Assembly: GCA_013239625.1 (NCBI GenBank)
Contig: MU053376.1
Location: 582,833 to 646,832 of the forward strand
DNA length: 64,000 bases
Source: Lama guanicoe
Lineage: Eukaryota
Direction of reading: 5' to 3'
The translations under genes were made by a program, and so were the position numbers. Below the pieces are notes generated by a model. It was not told where the DNA came from and ran no database searches. It was given only the letters and a program-made list of their open reading frames with translations. Positions 36,081 to 46,829 of this stretch are shown in pieces; within the stretch, counting starts at the first letter, position 1; every line of letters starts with the position of its first letter.

Positions 36081-38294
36081 CTGAAAGGGGAAAAGCTGTG
36101 TGTGTTTCTCTTCAGTCCTTCCAGGATTGTCGGTTAGCAAGAGCTGGTCCCAAGCACTGAGGGTGAGGCGTCCTGTGTTGCAACTGAGAGCCAGGGGCAA
36201 AGGACCCGGGCGAGCTTTGTGGGAACGCTAGGGTCTCACGTCTCCAGCATCCTCTGAGAAACTGTCTTCTCCTTCCTCAGAGAACCCCCCCAACACACCC
36301 CCTCCCAGTCCCCGGGCATCTAAAAGGACCCCTCAGCCTCCTCTGTCCCAAAGTGACTTCTTCCTTCCAATTTCCGTTCGAAATTCGCCTTCCCTTATGA
36401 GCATTCCCCGTTTAACTCCAGCTGACTTTGACCACCAGGATCCCTCTCAGCATTTAAGTGCACTCTGGAGAATTGATCTGCACTTGCTTCTGCCGTACGT
36501 GCCCCACATCTACATTCTGGGCTGGACTGACAAGTCCAGGCTCCCTGGTAGCCTGGGGCAGTGTTTTTTTCTGTCCAGCACAACAGGCCATCCTCCCGCT
36601 CCTGTAACAGAGCTCTTTCCTATGGCAAAGCCATTCTGTGTAGATGGGCAGGACCGAGCGCCCCTCCTGCACCCGCTCCACCCACCGAGGGATGGGCCCC
36701 TGGCCAGCTGCCTTCTCTGAGATCTGGTACTAGGATGTGGGACTCTTCCCCTGGGCTGCGACGATTTAGCCTTGCACTTCCAAGGGCCACCTTTCCCACC
36801 GCATGAAAAGGAAACAATAAATGGCAGGCAACAGTGTCATGACCAATATATTTACCCATCATACCAGGAACTTCCTGAGGGCAAGAGATGTGTCACCTCT
36901 ACCAGACTGGCACTCCCTGTGGGCGGGAGCTGGATTCCCCCATCAAGTTGGGAGCTCCCTGGGTAGGAGTGTTTCTGAAGCAGTTTAGATGATGAAGTCT
37001 TGGTAGTTTAATTGGCAAAATATCAGGCGTTTAAAGCTCATCATCCAAGGTTTGATTCCTTATTTGGACAACTTTATAAAAATTGCACCTGATTATAAGC
37101 ACTCCACCTGGGTAGTAACTCTCTTGTTCACTGTGCAAGGTGCGGAGCCTCAAGAGAAAGGCAAAGCAATCTTTGCCTGTGGGGATTTACAGTCTGGCAG
37201 AAGGATGTTTGTGCTCTGACAGAAGTACATCTGGTGCCCAGTGGGGTCCCGGGAAGCAATGACAACACCATCAAAGGGCAGGTCTGGAAAATCTTCCGAG
37301 ACCCGGTCCCCAAGCCAAGTCCCGAAAGAGGCATAGGCTTTTGTCATCTGGGCAGGGTGGAGGACCACCTTCCAGACTGAGGGGGCAGCCTCGGCAGAGA
37401 CAGGAGGTGGGACCCAGCCTGGGGACTAGGGACGTGTAGATGGGTGTGGGTGTGGGTGTGGCAGGGAGGATGAGGCCGGAGGTGCCCCAGTGCCCAGGGG
37501 CATCTTCGCCTCCTCCTCGCCTGGACTCTCCCTTGCAGCAAACTTCCAAGGAATCATCTTCAGCTGATCTCTGACTGTGGACTCTGTGGTTTTTCAGGGC
37601 AGGGTGAAGAAGCTGGGCTTAAAAGGACCCCCTTCCTTGGCCCTTGCCCTCGGGTTACCTAGAACTCTCGGTTACAAGTACCAGTAACCACTCTCTCTGT
37701 TAGAGACATAAATAAAACAGGAAGTTTATCAAAAGATAACCGGTGTGATGTGCTTTTCCCTGGCTTAGAGTATGAATAAAGTCACAGATTTTTTTTTTGG
37801 TAGTTAATTCTTTATGCATCCATCTTTCCAATTTAGCAGGAAGTCCAGTATCTCTTTCTTGAAGGCCCTCTTCTCCTCCCCAATTTCCGCCCCTTTTAAT
37901 TGTTAGAAAAGTCCTAGGGCTTGTGAAATGGGAAGAGACCCATGAGTAGATAATTAGAGGGCTTGACGGGTCCATGCTTCCATCACTTCCATCATCCCGA
38001 AATGATGCTCTGACAGTGGCCTCATGCAGTCCAGTGGGGCTTTTGGTTGCTGCCACGATGCCCTGGCTGATCAGTTTCCCACACCGACCTGTGAAGCGAT
38101 GATCCACTCTTGGGGCCCTAACATCCTGCAAATGAGTGTATACTCACGTGCTCAGCTGCTGTCCCCAAAGTTCACTGGCTAAGTAGCTGGACTGGGGAGA
38201 GGTCCTAGGCACAGCCACACTCTGTGCCAGAACCAGCCCCTCCGCAACCAAGGTAACCTTAGGCTCCAGTGTTTAGGGCAGATGACCGGTCCAG

Positions 38295-38660
38295 GCTAGG
38301 GCTTCCCACGTTTTATTGTGGATTAGAATTTCTGATAAACGAGATTATACTGCATAGTACAGGGAAATATATACAAGATCTTGTGGTAGTTCACAGAGAA
38401 AAAAATGTAAAATGAATATATGTATGTTCATGTATTACTGAAAAATTGTGCTCTACACTGGAATTTGACACAACATTGTAAAATGACCATTACTCAATAA
38501 AAAAAATGTGAAATAAAAAAGAATTTCTGCAGAGCCTGCTCAGATTTGGGGCCACACCCTCAGAGACTCTGACCGAGCAGGTCTTGGATGGGGCCAGACG
38601 ATGTGCGTCTCTAACAAGCCCTGCAGGATGCAGATGCTGGTCCAGGGGCCGCACTGTGCA
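38295..38660. mobile_element. MER5A-like MITE split by an L1 tail
   Basis: GGGCCACACCCTCAGAGACTCTGA...CTCTAACAAGCCC...GATGCTGGTCCAGGGGCCGCAC. Confidence 0.65.
38335..38519 (+). mobile_element. 5'-truncated lineage-specific L1 3' end
   Basis: ATACTGCATAGTACAGGGAAATATATACAAGATCTTGTGGTAG...GACACAACATTGTAAAATGAC plus an A tail. TSD AGAATTTCTG at 38325-38334 and 38520-38529. Confidence 0.88.
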
Positions 38661-38945
38661 GCTCTGTCTAGTTCTCCCTTGGAGAACTTGGTGTCCGTTC
38701 TCACCAGTGGTATCTGAAGTCACCACCAGCTCAGTCCACCACGACTTAACTGAATCTGAGTAGATGCGAGATCAGCGACTTAACTCCGTTCCTTTCAAGA
38801 AGTTTCTTGGGCCCCCATAAAAATCTGTCTGTTCCTCCCCAGTCACCTTTGAGCCCCCTAGACCAAATAGTTCTCCAAGTGGGGTCCCCGCATCACCAGG
38901 GAACTTGTTGGAAATGCAAATTCTCAGGGCTTACCCCAGACCTAT

Positions 38946-39643
38946 TGTACTGAGTTCTTTTATGTGATGGTGGGTCAGGTGTGGCCACAAGAAGGGACGC
39001 AGGAGAGGCTCTGGAAAATGTGTTTATTATACTCCCAGCTTCTAGAAACAGGAAGCAGGCCACACAGGGCCACATGAGGCAGCATCGGCATCGTCAGGAG
39101 GCCGGAGGAGCAGGAGGAAGAGGAGTGTCAGCTAAGACCTTTGTTGGGGTTTCTACGGGAAAAGCGAGACAGGGCAGGCCAGAGCTCCTGGCTAGTTTGA
39201 ATAATCCTAGTGGGCTCCAAGCCATTGGGTGTCCCTAGTTGCCTGGTACTTGACGTCCAGATGATTAAGGCAGAAGCACTGCCTCCTGGGGTGCCCAGGC
39301 CGGGTGGTTCGCCTCCAGATTTGTGAGTTTGCATATCAGAGGAAGGCGTGCTCTCAGCCAGGCCCTTTGCCACCTCTAAGAACTGACTCACCCAGGGAGG
39401 GGCAGTCTCCCTCCTCCATCAGGAAGGTGTTTTTTTTTTTTTTAATAAATATTTCAAATGATTTTTTTCTCTTTTTTCTTTATGGGGGAGGTAATTGGGT
39501 GTATTTATTTATCTTTGGAGGAGGTACCAGGGATTGAACCCGGGACCTAGCATGCACTCTACCGCTTGAGCTATACCCTCCCCCCAGGAAGGTTTTTAAG
39601 ATTTCAAAACATTGTAATATAGAGAAAATGAAAACTATTAACA
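38946..39643. mobile_element. ERVL-class solo LTR (MER76-like)
   Basis: TGTACTGAG start; GCCACACAGGGCCACATG, GGCTAGTTTGAATAAT, TGTCCCTAGTTGCCTGGTAC. Confidence 0.65.
39431..39584 (-). mobile_element. Camelid tRNA-Ala-derived SINE nested in the LTR
   Basis: GGGATTGAACCCGGGACC...TTGAGCTATACCCTCCCC. TSD CAGGAAGGTnTTT at about 39420 and 39585. Confidence 0.88.
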
Positions 39644-39940
39644 GCACATTGGTGTATCTAGAATCTCCCAGGTGGGGCTCTGTTTCAACCCTCTGCGGTG
39701 ATTCTGATGTACACTGAAGTGTGAGGACCGTCTTGCCCCAAGAGATATTAGGGGGGCAGCATTGTCGAGCGATAAAAGAGGTCTATTAAATATTTCCACT
39801 CGGGAGGGAGCCCCTGCGCCTAGCTTTACCTAAGCCGGAGGGGCCAGTGTATCAGCCCGGCAGCCGCCAGCCACATGTGCCCAGCCCGGGGAGGAGAGCG
39901 CGGGCCGCCAGGGCTGCTGGGGGCTGTCAAGCCCTTTCTA

Positions 39941-40050
39941 TATATATTCTTTTTTAATTGAACTATAGTCAGTTACAGTGTGTTAACTTCTGGTGTACAG
40001 CACAATGTCCCAGTCATGCACATACATACACATGTATTCATTTTCATATT
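39941..40050 (-). mobile_element. 5'-truncated lineage-specific L1 tail (110 bp)
   Basis: TTTTTTAATTGAACTATAGTCAGTTACAGTGTGTTAACTTCTGGTGTACAGC. Perfect 17-bp TSD CTGTCAAGCCCTTTCTA at 39924-39940 and 40051-40067. Confidence 0.9.
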
Positions 40051-40524
40051 CTGTCAAGCCCTTTCTAGTCAGCCCTGCCACTGCCTGGCTGTGTGTCTTT
40101 GGGCTTGTCACTAACTTCCTTGTGTCTGTCGCCTCAGCAGAACGTGAGGCCTGAGCCCAACGAGCTTCCAGTCCTGTATTTGCTTGATTCTCCTTATCAC
40201 TCCTCAGTGTCTTTATCTGTGAAGCAGAGATAAGGCTCACCCCCGGGCTTATAGAGATGATGAAATGAGGTGATGTGTGTGGAAGCACCCAACATATGCT
40301 AGAGGCTTGATAAATGCTAGTTGAATTTTCAATTATTTTCTTGTCCTCCTAATTTGGCCAGCATCTCCCTTTTACTTCTTATTTCTGTCCTTACTTTGGG
40401 CTTTTGTCAGGGCTCAGGGGCCCTCTCCTCTCCAGAACTGTCTTCTCTTTACAGAATTAGCATCATTACACCCCACAAATACTGTGGGGAGAGGAGGTCC
40501 TCATCTACTTCCTCAAGAATCAGG

Positions 40525-40946
40525 TGACAGAGGGACGAATTGGGGTCATGCCGCTGGTATCAGGTGCCTGAGGGGTGAATGATGGAGCTGGTTTGCTCCA
40601 GGCCTCTGCTTGGCTGCTTCCTGTTAAACCCCAATTCCTGTTCTTCAGCCTCTGAGGAGTGGCTCAGAGCCCTAAGGAGACCCTCGAGTTTCTTCCCTGC
40701 CTGTCAGCACCCCTACTCCGTCTCCCCCCTCCCCCACCCCTCTCTGCCAGGGTGCTTCTGCCAAAGGCTGGCTATTTATATCCTGGAGCAGCTGCTGACA
40801 GACAGCTGGGAGCTGGGAGGCGTCTGACAGGGATGAGCGAGGCAGAGATGACAGGGTGGTGGGCGGCGCTGTCACTCTTAGCAGGATGGCCGGGCAGAGC
40901 CTCCTCCCCTTCACCCAGTACAGTGAGATCCAGGCAAGGCTGACAG
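40525..40946. promoter_or_regulatory. Candidate enhancer: homotypic TGACAG (MEIS/TGIF) cluster with E-boxes and an A/T-rich TATA/MEF2-like site
   Basis: TGACAG/CTGTCA at 40525, 40701, 40796, 40825, 40849, 40869 and 40941; CAGCTG at 40789 and 40803; CTATTTATAT at 40772. Confidence 0.45.
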
Positions 40947-41239
40947 GGGCATCTGGGAAGGGGAAGCGCCAAGGCGAGGAAGCAAGGAGTACGAACCTTG
41001 GGGCAGGCAGCAGCTGGGGTGAGGGGAAGATCTTTACCCCAGATGACCCTTTTCAGACGAGGAAGGAGCAGCTGTAGCTTAATTATCTGAGCACTTGCCC
41101 TTGGCATCTGCTGCTCATGAGCTGTATGACCTTGCGTAAGTCACTTCCTTACTCCCAGTAAAGTGAGATAGGTGGATGAACATGATGTTCTCTAAGTTCT
41201 TTCCTAGCTGCATTAATAGAGAGGTTGTAAACACAAACC

Positions 41240-41430
41240 CTGGAGTCTGAATCCTGGCTCTGCCACTTGCTCGCTGTGTGACTTTGGACAATTTACGTAA
41301 CCTCCCTGTGCCTCTCTTTCCCTCTCTGTAAAATGAGGGCTCTTAATTGCATCTATATTAAAGGCTTTTTAAGGATGAAATGAGTTAATTAATGCATGTG
41401 ATGGCGTGAGAGCAGTGCCTGGCACGTGGT
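41240..41430 (+). mobile_element. MIR SINE
   Basis: TGAATCCTGGCTCTGCCACTTGCTCGCTGTGTGACTTTGGACAA...CTGTAAAATGAGG...CAGTGCCTGGCAC. Confidence 0.85.
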
Positions 41431-41899
41431 CATCTAGCCTAAATAGAATCTCAAATGTGTGATTCTTTGGATGTGTCCCCATGTTCTCAGAAGGTAATTA
41501 TTAGAAAAAATATTAAGCAAAAAGAGTGGGACCCTCTTTATATATATACTGCAGGGGGAAGGGGGAAGTGGGAAGTTTTATGGCTTCATATGTCTTGCAA
41601 TACCTCCAAATTGGGAAATGTTTGGGCTAAGGCTACATTTGTCCTGAGTCTGAACCCTTGTCTTCTGACTGTCCCTCCACCAGGAATCTCTGGGGACTAC
41701 TGTTTGTTCAAAATAGCAAGAAGTCAAAAGGTTATTGCGCTCTTTTCCGACTCTGTCTGTCTGCCATTCTCCCTCTCTTTGCCTCTCTCAGCTCCTGTCT
41801 TCCTCCCAACCCCTCGCCGTCCTTCTGTTTTAAAAACTAATACCTGGTCTGGGAGAGAACAGAATCCCAAGTGTGTAATTAAGTCCCTGGGCACAGCTG

Positions 41900-42220
41900 T
41901 GCCTGCAGCACCGGCCCAGCTGTCAGGGCGGGGCGGGGCTTGAGCAGGAACCTGGCGGGGCAGAGGCAGCGACCTTGGAGCAGGGAGCCCTTCAGGCCCT
42001 CCGCCACCTCCGCGCCCCGCCGCACGCAGACGCCTCGGGTTTCCAGCAACACCTCCTCAGCAAGGGGAGCGTCGGGGAGCAGCGGGGACCAGCGTGGCTG
42101 AGCGCCCCTTCTCTCTTTCCTTAACCTTCCTCCTCCCGTTTAGAAAAGGAGTATCCCCATAACAGAGAAGGGGGAGGGGGGAAGCAGAGGAAGCTGATGG
42201 GTTACCATGGAAACCAGCTG
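41900..42220. promoter_or_regulatory. Small CpG-rich element with GC boxes and RFX sites (enhancer or orphan promoter)
   Basis: GGGCGGGGCGGGG at 41926-41938, clustered CpGs at 42000-42100, GTTTCCAGCAAC at 42039-42050, and a canonical X-box GTTACCATGGAAAC at 42201-42214. Confidence 0.55.
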
Positions 42221-43349
42221 ACCACAAACTCCTAGCTTCAGCTAACACTTGGCTTGCAGAAATACTGCCATAACCACAACTTAGATGAAAACGCACACAC
42301 ACACCCAGTAAAGAAGAATTGTTGATTCCTTCTCTAATCGCAGCAATTAGGTTCTAGTGTAGGAGTCCAGATGAGAGGTGAGGACGAGACGGATCTGTTC
42401 TGTTTCAGAGAAGCCCCTTTCAGTTCACTGTCTTCTTGGGAACCAGGGGCATTGGTTCCAACATCCTAACATTGCCCCGAAGTCATGTATGGAGGACGAC
42501 ATCCCCAGAGGCCCTTAATCCTTTGCTGAGTCATGGCAGTTATAGACCTAAACTGTCTGGTTTCGAGGAGTCCCCTGCCTTTGGCCGATGCCACAGCACT
42601 GGGGAAGAAGAGAGTGTCAAGTCTGGTTAGTCATGAAACATTTCCTGATCACCCACTATGCGCTAAAGTGCCAGAAATTAAAAGTGATAATATGAATAAT
42701 AAAAATCTGGTCCCTGTCATCAAGGGCATAGCCCAGTGGGAGGTATAACACAAATTATCTGTTACTAATAATAAAGAATCCACACTTGTAAATGGTTTTT
42801 ATAGATGCACAAATACTGCTTTCAAGGTGACCCTTATGAAGTTATGCTTCCTTGAGGGGAGACAGTGAGGACTGGGGCTTGGGGTGGGAAAGGGTGAGAG
42901 CCTGATCGAAGACCACGTTATTAACACCCTCAGCCCATCCAGCTCCTCTGTCTTCAGTCATTCTGCCTCTGCAGTCACCTGCCCCAGCCACACAGCTGCC
43001 AACCTCCTCCATCCCCAGGGTTAACTGCCTTTTCAGCTCAAAAGCTACCTTCCTCCTGAAGGGGGTCAACCTTGTGCCCTAGTGGGAGCAACACAATTTC
43101 TGCAAGACCCGCATTGGGAAGGTGAGCACACTGCCTGCGGGTTTAAACTCCACACACGTTCACGTTCCATTTAACAGGGGAGTTACTGGGAGTCTGTTGT
43201 GCTCAAGGTCGTGTAGCTGGTTGGGGTGGGATCCGAGCTCCCCCTAGGAGGGTCTGCGGATCTTCAACACTTTCACCCTTGGGTCTGCACAAAGAGGAGG
43301 AGATCTGGGTGGCCAGGTGGAGTCAGGCCTGGACCTCCAGCCTTACTTT

Positions 43350-43630
43350 TTGCAAAATGCTCCGTTCAAATATCCCTTTATCGAAGTTCTTCCCTGATTG
43401 CCTTTTCCAAATTGCGAGGTTCCCATCACTCTCTCTCTCTATCCTGGATTTTCTTCTTCATACTCATTGCCACCTGCTGTAACATACCCACCTATCTGTG
43501 TATTGTCTGTCCCCCTTCATCAGCGTGGAAGCTCACGTCTAACCTGTGCACTGCTGTCTTCCTGGCACCTAGAATATTGCCTGACATGTAGTAGGCACCC
43601 AGTGTCTGTTAAGTGAGTGAATGAATGAAC
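43350..43630 (+). mobile_element. L2 3' end
   Basis: GCACCTAGAATATTGCCTGACATGTAGTAGGCACCCAG...GAGTGAATGAATGAA. Confidence 0.8.
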
Positions 43631-44039
43631 AGACAGAACCTAAATAGAATCTCCCTGCTTCCTGCCCTGCCTGCTTTGGGGAAGCCACCAAGGGTCACCA
43701 GGAGGTGGCAGCTAAGGAAGTGGTCCAGGATGATCCCGTGGTAGTGAGCTGGCCCCTTCTCAGGGGCACGGGGAAGCACGCAGTCCATGGCCAAGGCTGC
43801 CAGTGGACCATTTCAAGGCTGAAATGGGCCAGAGTTTCCCAGTTGCCTCTGCTCAGAGTGCTCGGAATCTTTCAGTACGACAAAATAGCAGATGTAAGAA
43901 TTTGGGGTTTGGTGCTTCTTCCTGCTCCCCCCGCCCCATCCTGCGCTGCATAAAAACAGCGCAACCCCTGCGGCTGCAGAGGGGCCTGGTTTCCCGCTGT
44001 CTCTGCTCCCATCCCCACAGCCAACTTCCCCCACCCTGC

Positions 44040-44410
44040 AGTGACGTTCCCAGAGCTCATCTGGAAACTTCCGATTTGCATCTCCAAAGAAATAAAATAA
44101 ATTCCACTAAATGCTGTTTATTTTTCTTTCTGTTTGCCTGGAGGCAGATCTGTTATGGCTCCTGGGATCTGAGGTGGGTAATTGGGCGATTTCTGTGGGT
44201 GGGGAGCTGGGGACCTCAGGGAACTTCACAATAAAAAAAATAAAGGGAACTGCAACTCCAGTTTGAAAGGGGTAGGGAGGGGTTGGGGGGAGGCGACACT
44301 CGGTGGAGGAAAGATAAAAAGGCAACAAAACCTGCCTGACACAATTATAGCCACATTTGCATAACAGAGACCGAGAGCTCGCTTAGAAGGAGTGTAATTA
44401 GATTCTCCAG
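44040..44410. promoter_or_regulatory. Candidate POU/SOX enhancer
   Basis: Octamers ATTTGCAT at 44074 and 44355. Positions 44355-44369 read CTCTGTTATGCAAAT on the minus strand. Confidence 0.35.
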
Positions 44411-44609
44411 TGACTAGGGACACTTTCCAAACCTGGGGAGAGGAGATGGAAATCCAGCCTTGAAGTGGAAAAAACACGTAAAGAACTGAGGGTTACTAGT
44501 GGGTGGCGGGAACTGGAGAACTCATTGACTCCAGGCCCGATCCTGTCAGCAAGCAGGGGTTTTCAACCCAGATCTGCTTGTCTGGATCCAGGGGGAAAGT
44601 GTCAAAGAC

Positions 44610-45345
44610 CCACAAAACTGCTCTCTGGGGAAATTTCCCAGGCAAAGGCAACAGTAAGAGCACAGGCCCCGCTGAAGCATGCCTGGATGGCCAGAACAGC
44701 GAGGAGCCTCGTGGCTGGCGCCAGGGAGTGGGGTGGTGAGAGGGAAGAGTGGGCTGAGAGATCAGAGCTCACTCAGGCCTTGGGCAATGTCATATGGGTC
44801 CTGGATTTTACTCTGAGTGAGAGAGAGGCCATTCGAGGATTTGAGAAGAGCAGGGACACGACAAGATTTTTCATAAGGACAATTCCAAATGCGGCTTGGC
44901 AGAAGCTGCAGGGCAAGGCTAGAAGCAGGGATCCCAGATCGGCGGGAGGTGGGGGGGTCAGGTGCAGTAGTCAGAGGGCGCAGGTGGTAGCCATGGAGGT
45001 GGTAGGAAGTGCTTGGAGCCGACAGCATTGGTGGCTGGGAGGATGTAGAATACGAGAGAGGATTCAAGGAGGATACCCAAGGTTTTTCCTGAGTGACTGG
45101 AGCGCCCATTTATTGAGTTGGGGAAGAATGGGGGGGAGGATATAAGTTCTGTTTTGGAGACGTTAGGTTTGAGATGCCTGTTAAATGTCGAAGTGGAGAT
45201 GTCACAAAGGCAGTTGGAAACTGGAGTCTGGAGTTCAGGGGAAGAGGTCTGGGCTGGAGATATAAATTTGCATATAGATGGTACTTAGAGTAATGAGAAT
45301 GGATGAGATCACCTAAAGAGTGAGTGCTGATGGGAAGGAAGGGAG
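44610..45345 (-). mobile_element. L2 LINE remnant
   Basis: GTTCTGTTTTGGAGACGTTAGGTTTGAGATGCCTGTTA...GAGGTCTGGGCTGGAGATATAAATTTG...GGATGAGATCACCTA. Confidence 0.85.
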
Positions 45346-45757
45346 CCCAGAGGCTGCAGGTGTTTAGAAGTGCTTTCTGGCAGATGGGTGGTCTAGGAGA
45401 GTGATCAGTCTGGGTAAACTGAGGCCTAGATTTCAAGCATCCTGTTCCCTTCCACCCCAACTCCTATAAAATTCTCAGGGCCTCAGATGCAGACATGGGA
45501 ACTGAGGCATCCGAACGTCAACAAGGGAAATGGAGACCAGACTGAGCTAACTGGGACCTGGACAGGTCCCTGCCCTTCCTTCCGCAGACCGCAGCCTTCC
45601 CTTCGGTAGAAGGTGCGTGGTAGGTGCTTGCTCTCGGAGGGTCCTTCCAGCTTGAACTCTCTGACTTTACCTCCAGACAGTCTGGTTGCACTCTGGAGAC
45701 CTATCTGACCTCAGGGAGACAGTTGGCTTAATACCTCATTCCCCTAATCAACAGTGT

Positions 45758-46394
45758 ATGTTGATCCCTAATAATAACAGGATTCTGAATTTGCAAATTC
45801 GCCTATTCATTAACACTTTTTTGTAGTCTCCAAATCAACACTCAGGCGCTTTGTCGGTGGTTCACAGCCTGGTGCAGACTGAGGAAAACTTTGAGCCGCC
45901 TGAGGCGCCTGTTCCCAGCTGAGGTCAAATGAGGCAGCCCTCTGCCTCCTTGCTTCAGCTCTCATACTGTAAAGTGTCCTTTTCCTGGTCTATTTGGTGC
46001 CACACTTGGTCTCCTTTTTGTGCTTTTTGTTGGTGATTTTGCTGTTTAAAATGGTCCCCAAGCACAGTGCTGAAGTGGCACCTGGTGTTTCTGGGAGGAG
46101 GAAGGCTGTGATGGCCTGACGGAGAAAACAGGCGAGTTAGGTGAGCTTTGTTCCGGTGATGGTGCTGTTGGCCATGAGCTCAGTGTTAATCAATCAATAA
46201 TGCATATTATTAGGTGACTTTAATCAGAAACACACATAAACAGAGTTATATATTGACTGATTGACGAAAATATTGTGACCAGGGGTTCACAGGAAGCTAA
46301 CCCTGTATTTCCCCAGGAGTGTGGTGCACGATTTGCTAATTCAGTGTTCACAGTGATTTACAGACCACAACGACTGTGAATAAGAAGTAACTGT
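45758..46394. mobile_element. Tigger-family DNA transposon (MER82-like)
   Basis: ATTTGCAAATTCGCCTA...GTTCCCAGCTGAGGTC...TTCAGCTCTCATACTGTAAA...AACTGTA end; about 640 bp. Confidence 0.75.
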
Positions 46395-46421
46395 ACTTAG
46401 TTGTTTGTTAAACCCTAGTAT

Positions 46422-46600
46422 GGAGGGTAGGATTTAGCTTAGTGGTCAAGTGCACGCCTAGCATGCACGAGGTTCTGGGTTCAATCCCCAGTGCCTCTAT
46501 TATAAACAAACAAACAAATAAACAAACAAACTTAATTGCCTAATTGCTTCACCCTCCCAAAAAATAAAACTTTAAAAATAAAAAAAAATAAAAAAATAAA
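46422..46600 (+). mobile_element. Camelid tRNA-Ala-derived SINE
   Basis: TAGCTTAGTGGTCAAGTGCACGCCTAGCATGCACGAGGTTCTGGGTTCAATCCCCAGTGCCTC plus an (AAAC)n/A tail. Confidence 0.88.
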
Positions 46601-46829
46601 CCAGTATGCAGAGCTCCATGAGAAGCAGATTTACTGACTAGGGTACGGGATCATTTTTGTCTTCCGTCTTATCATATCCAGTCAAATATGTTTTTCAGAG
46701 TTACTTAGATTAGTTCTTTTCTTTCCCATCCCCTTCAGTGTAGGGATATACACTGTATACATATATATACAATCTGGATTCTTAGTGTATTCCATTTTGA
46801 GTTGCCCCAGCATTCTGGTTATTTCTTTA

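Larger units (their letters stand above)
38860..39730. mobile_element. MER5A-like MITE split by an LTR
   Basis: Left half: GTTCTCCAAGTG...CATCACCAGGGAACTTGTTGGAAATGCAAATTCTCAGG...CCCCAGACCTA. Right half: AGAATCTCC...GGTGATTCTGATGTACACTGAAGTGTGAG. Confidence 0.7.

Noticed and set aside
44465..45145. 226-aa ORF
   Set aside because: Lies mostly in the antisense strand of an L2 relic and has no recognisable homology.
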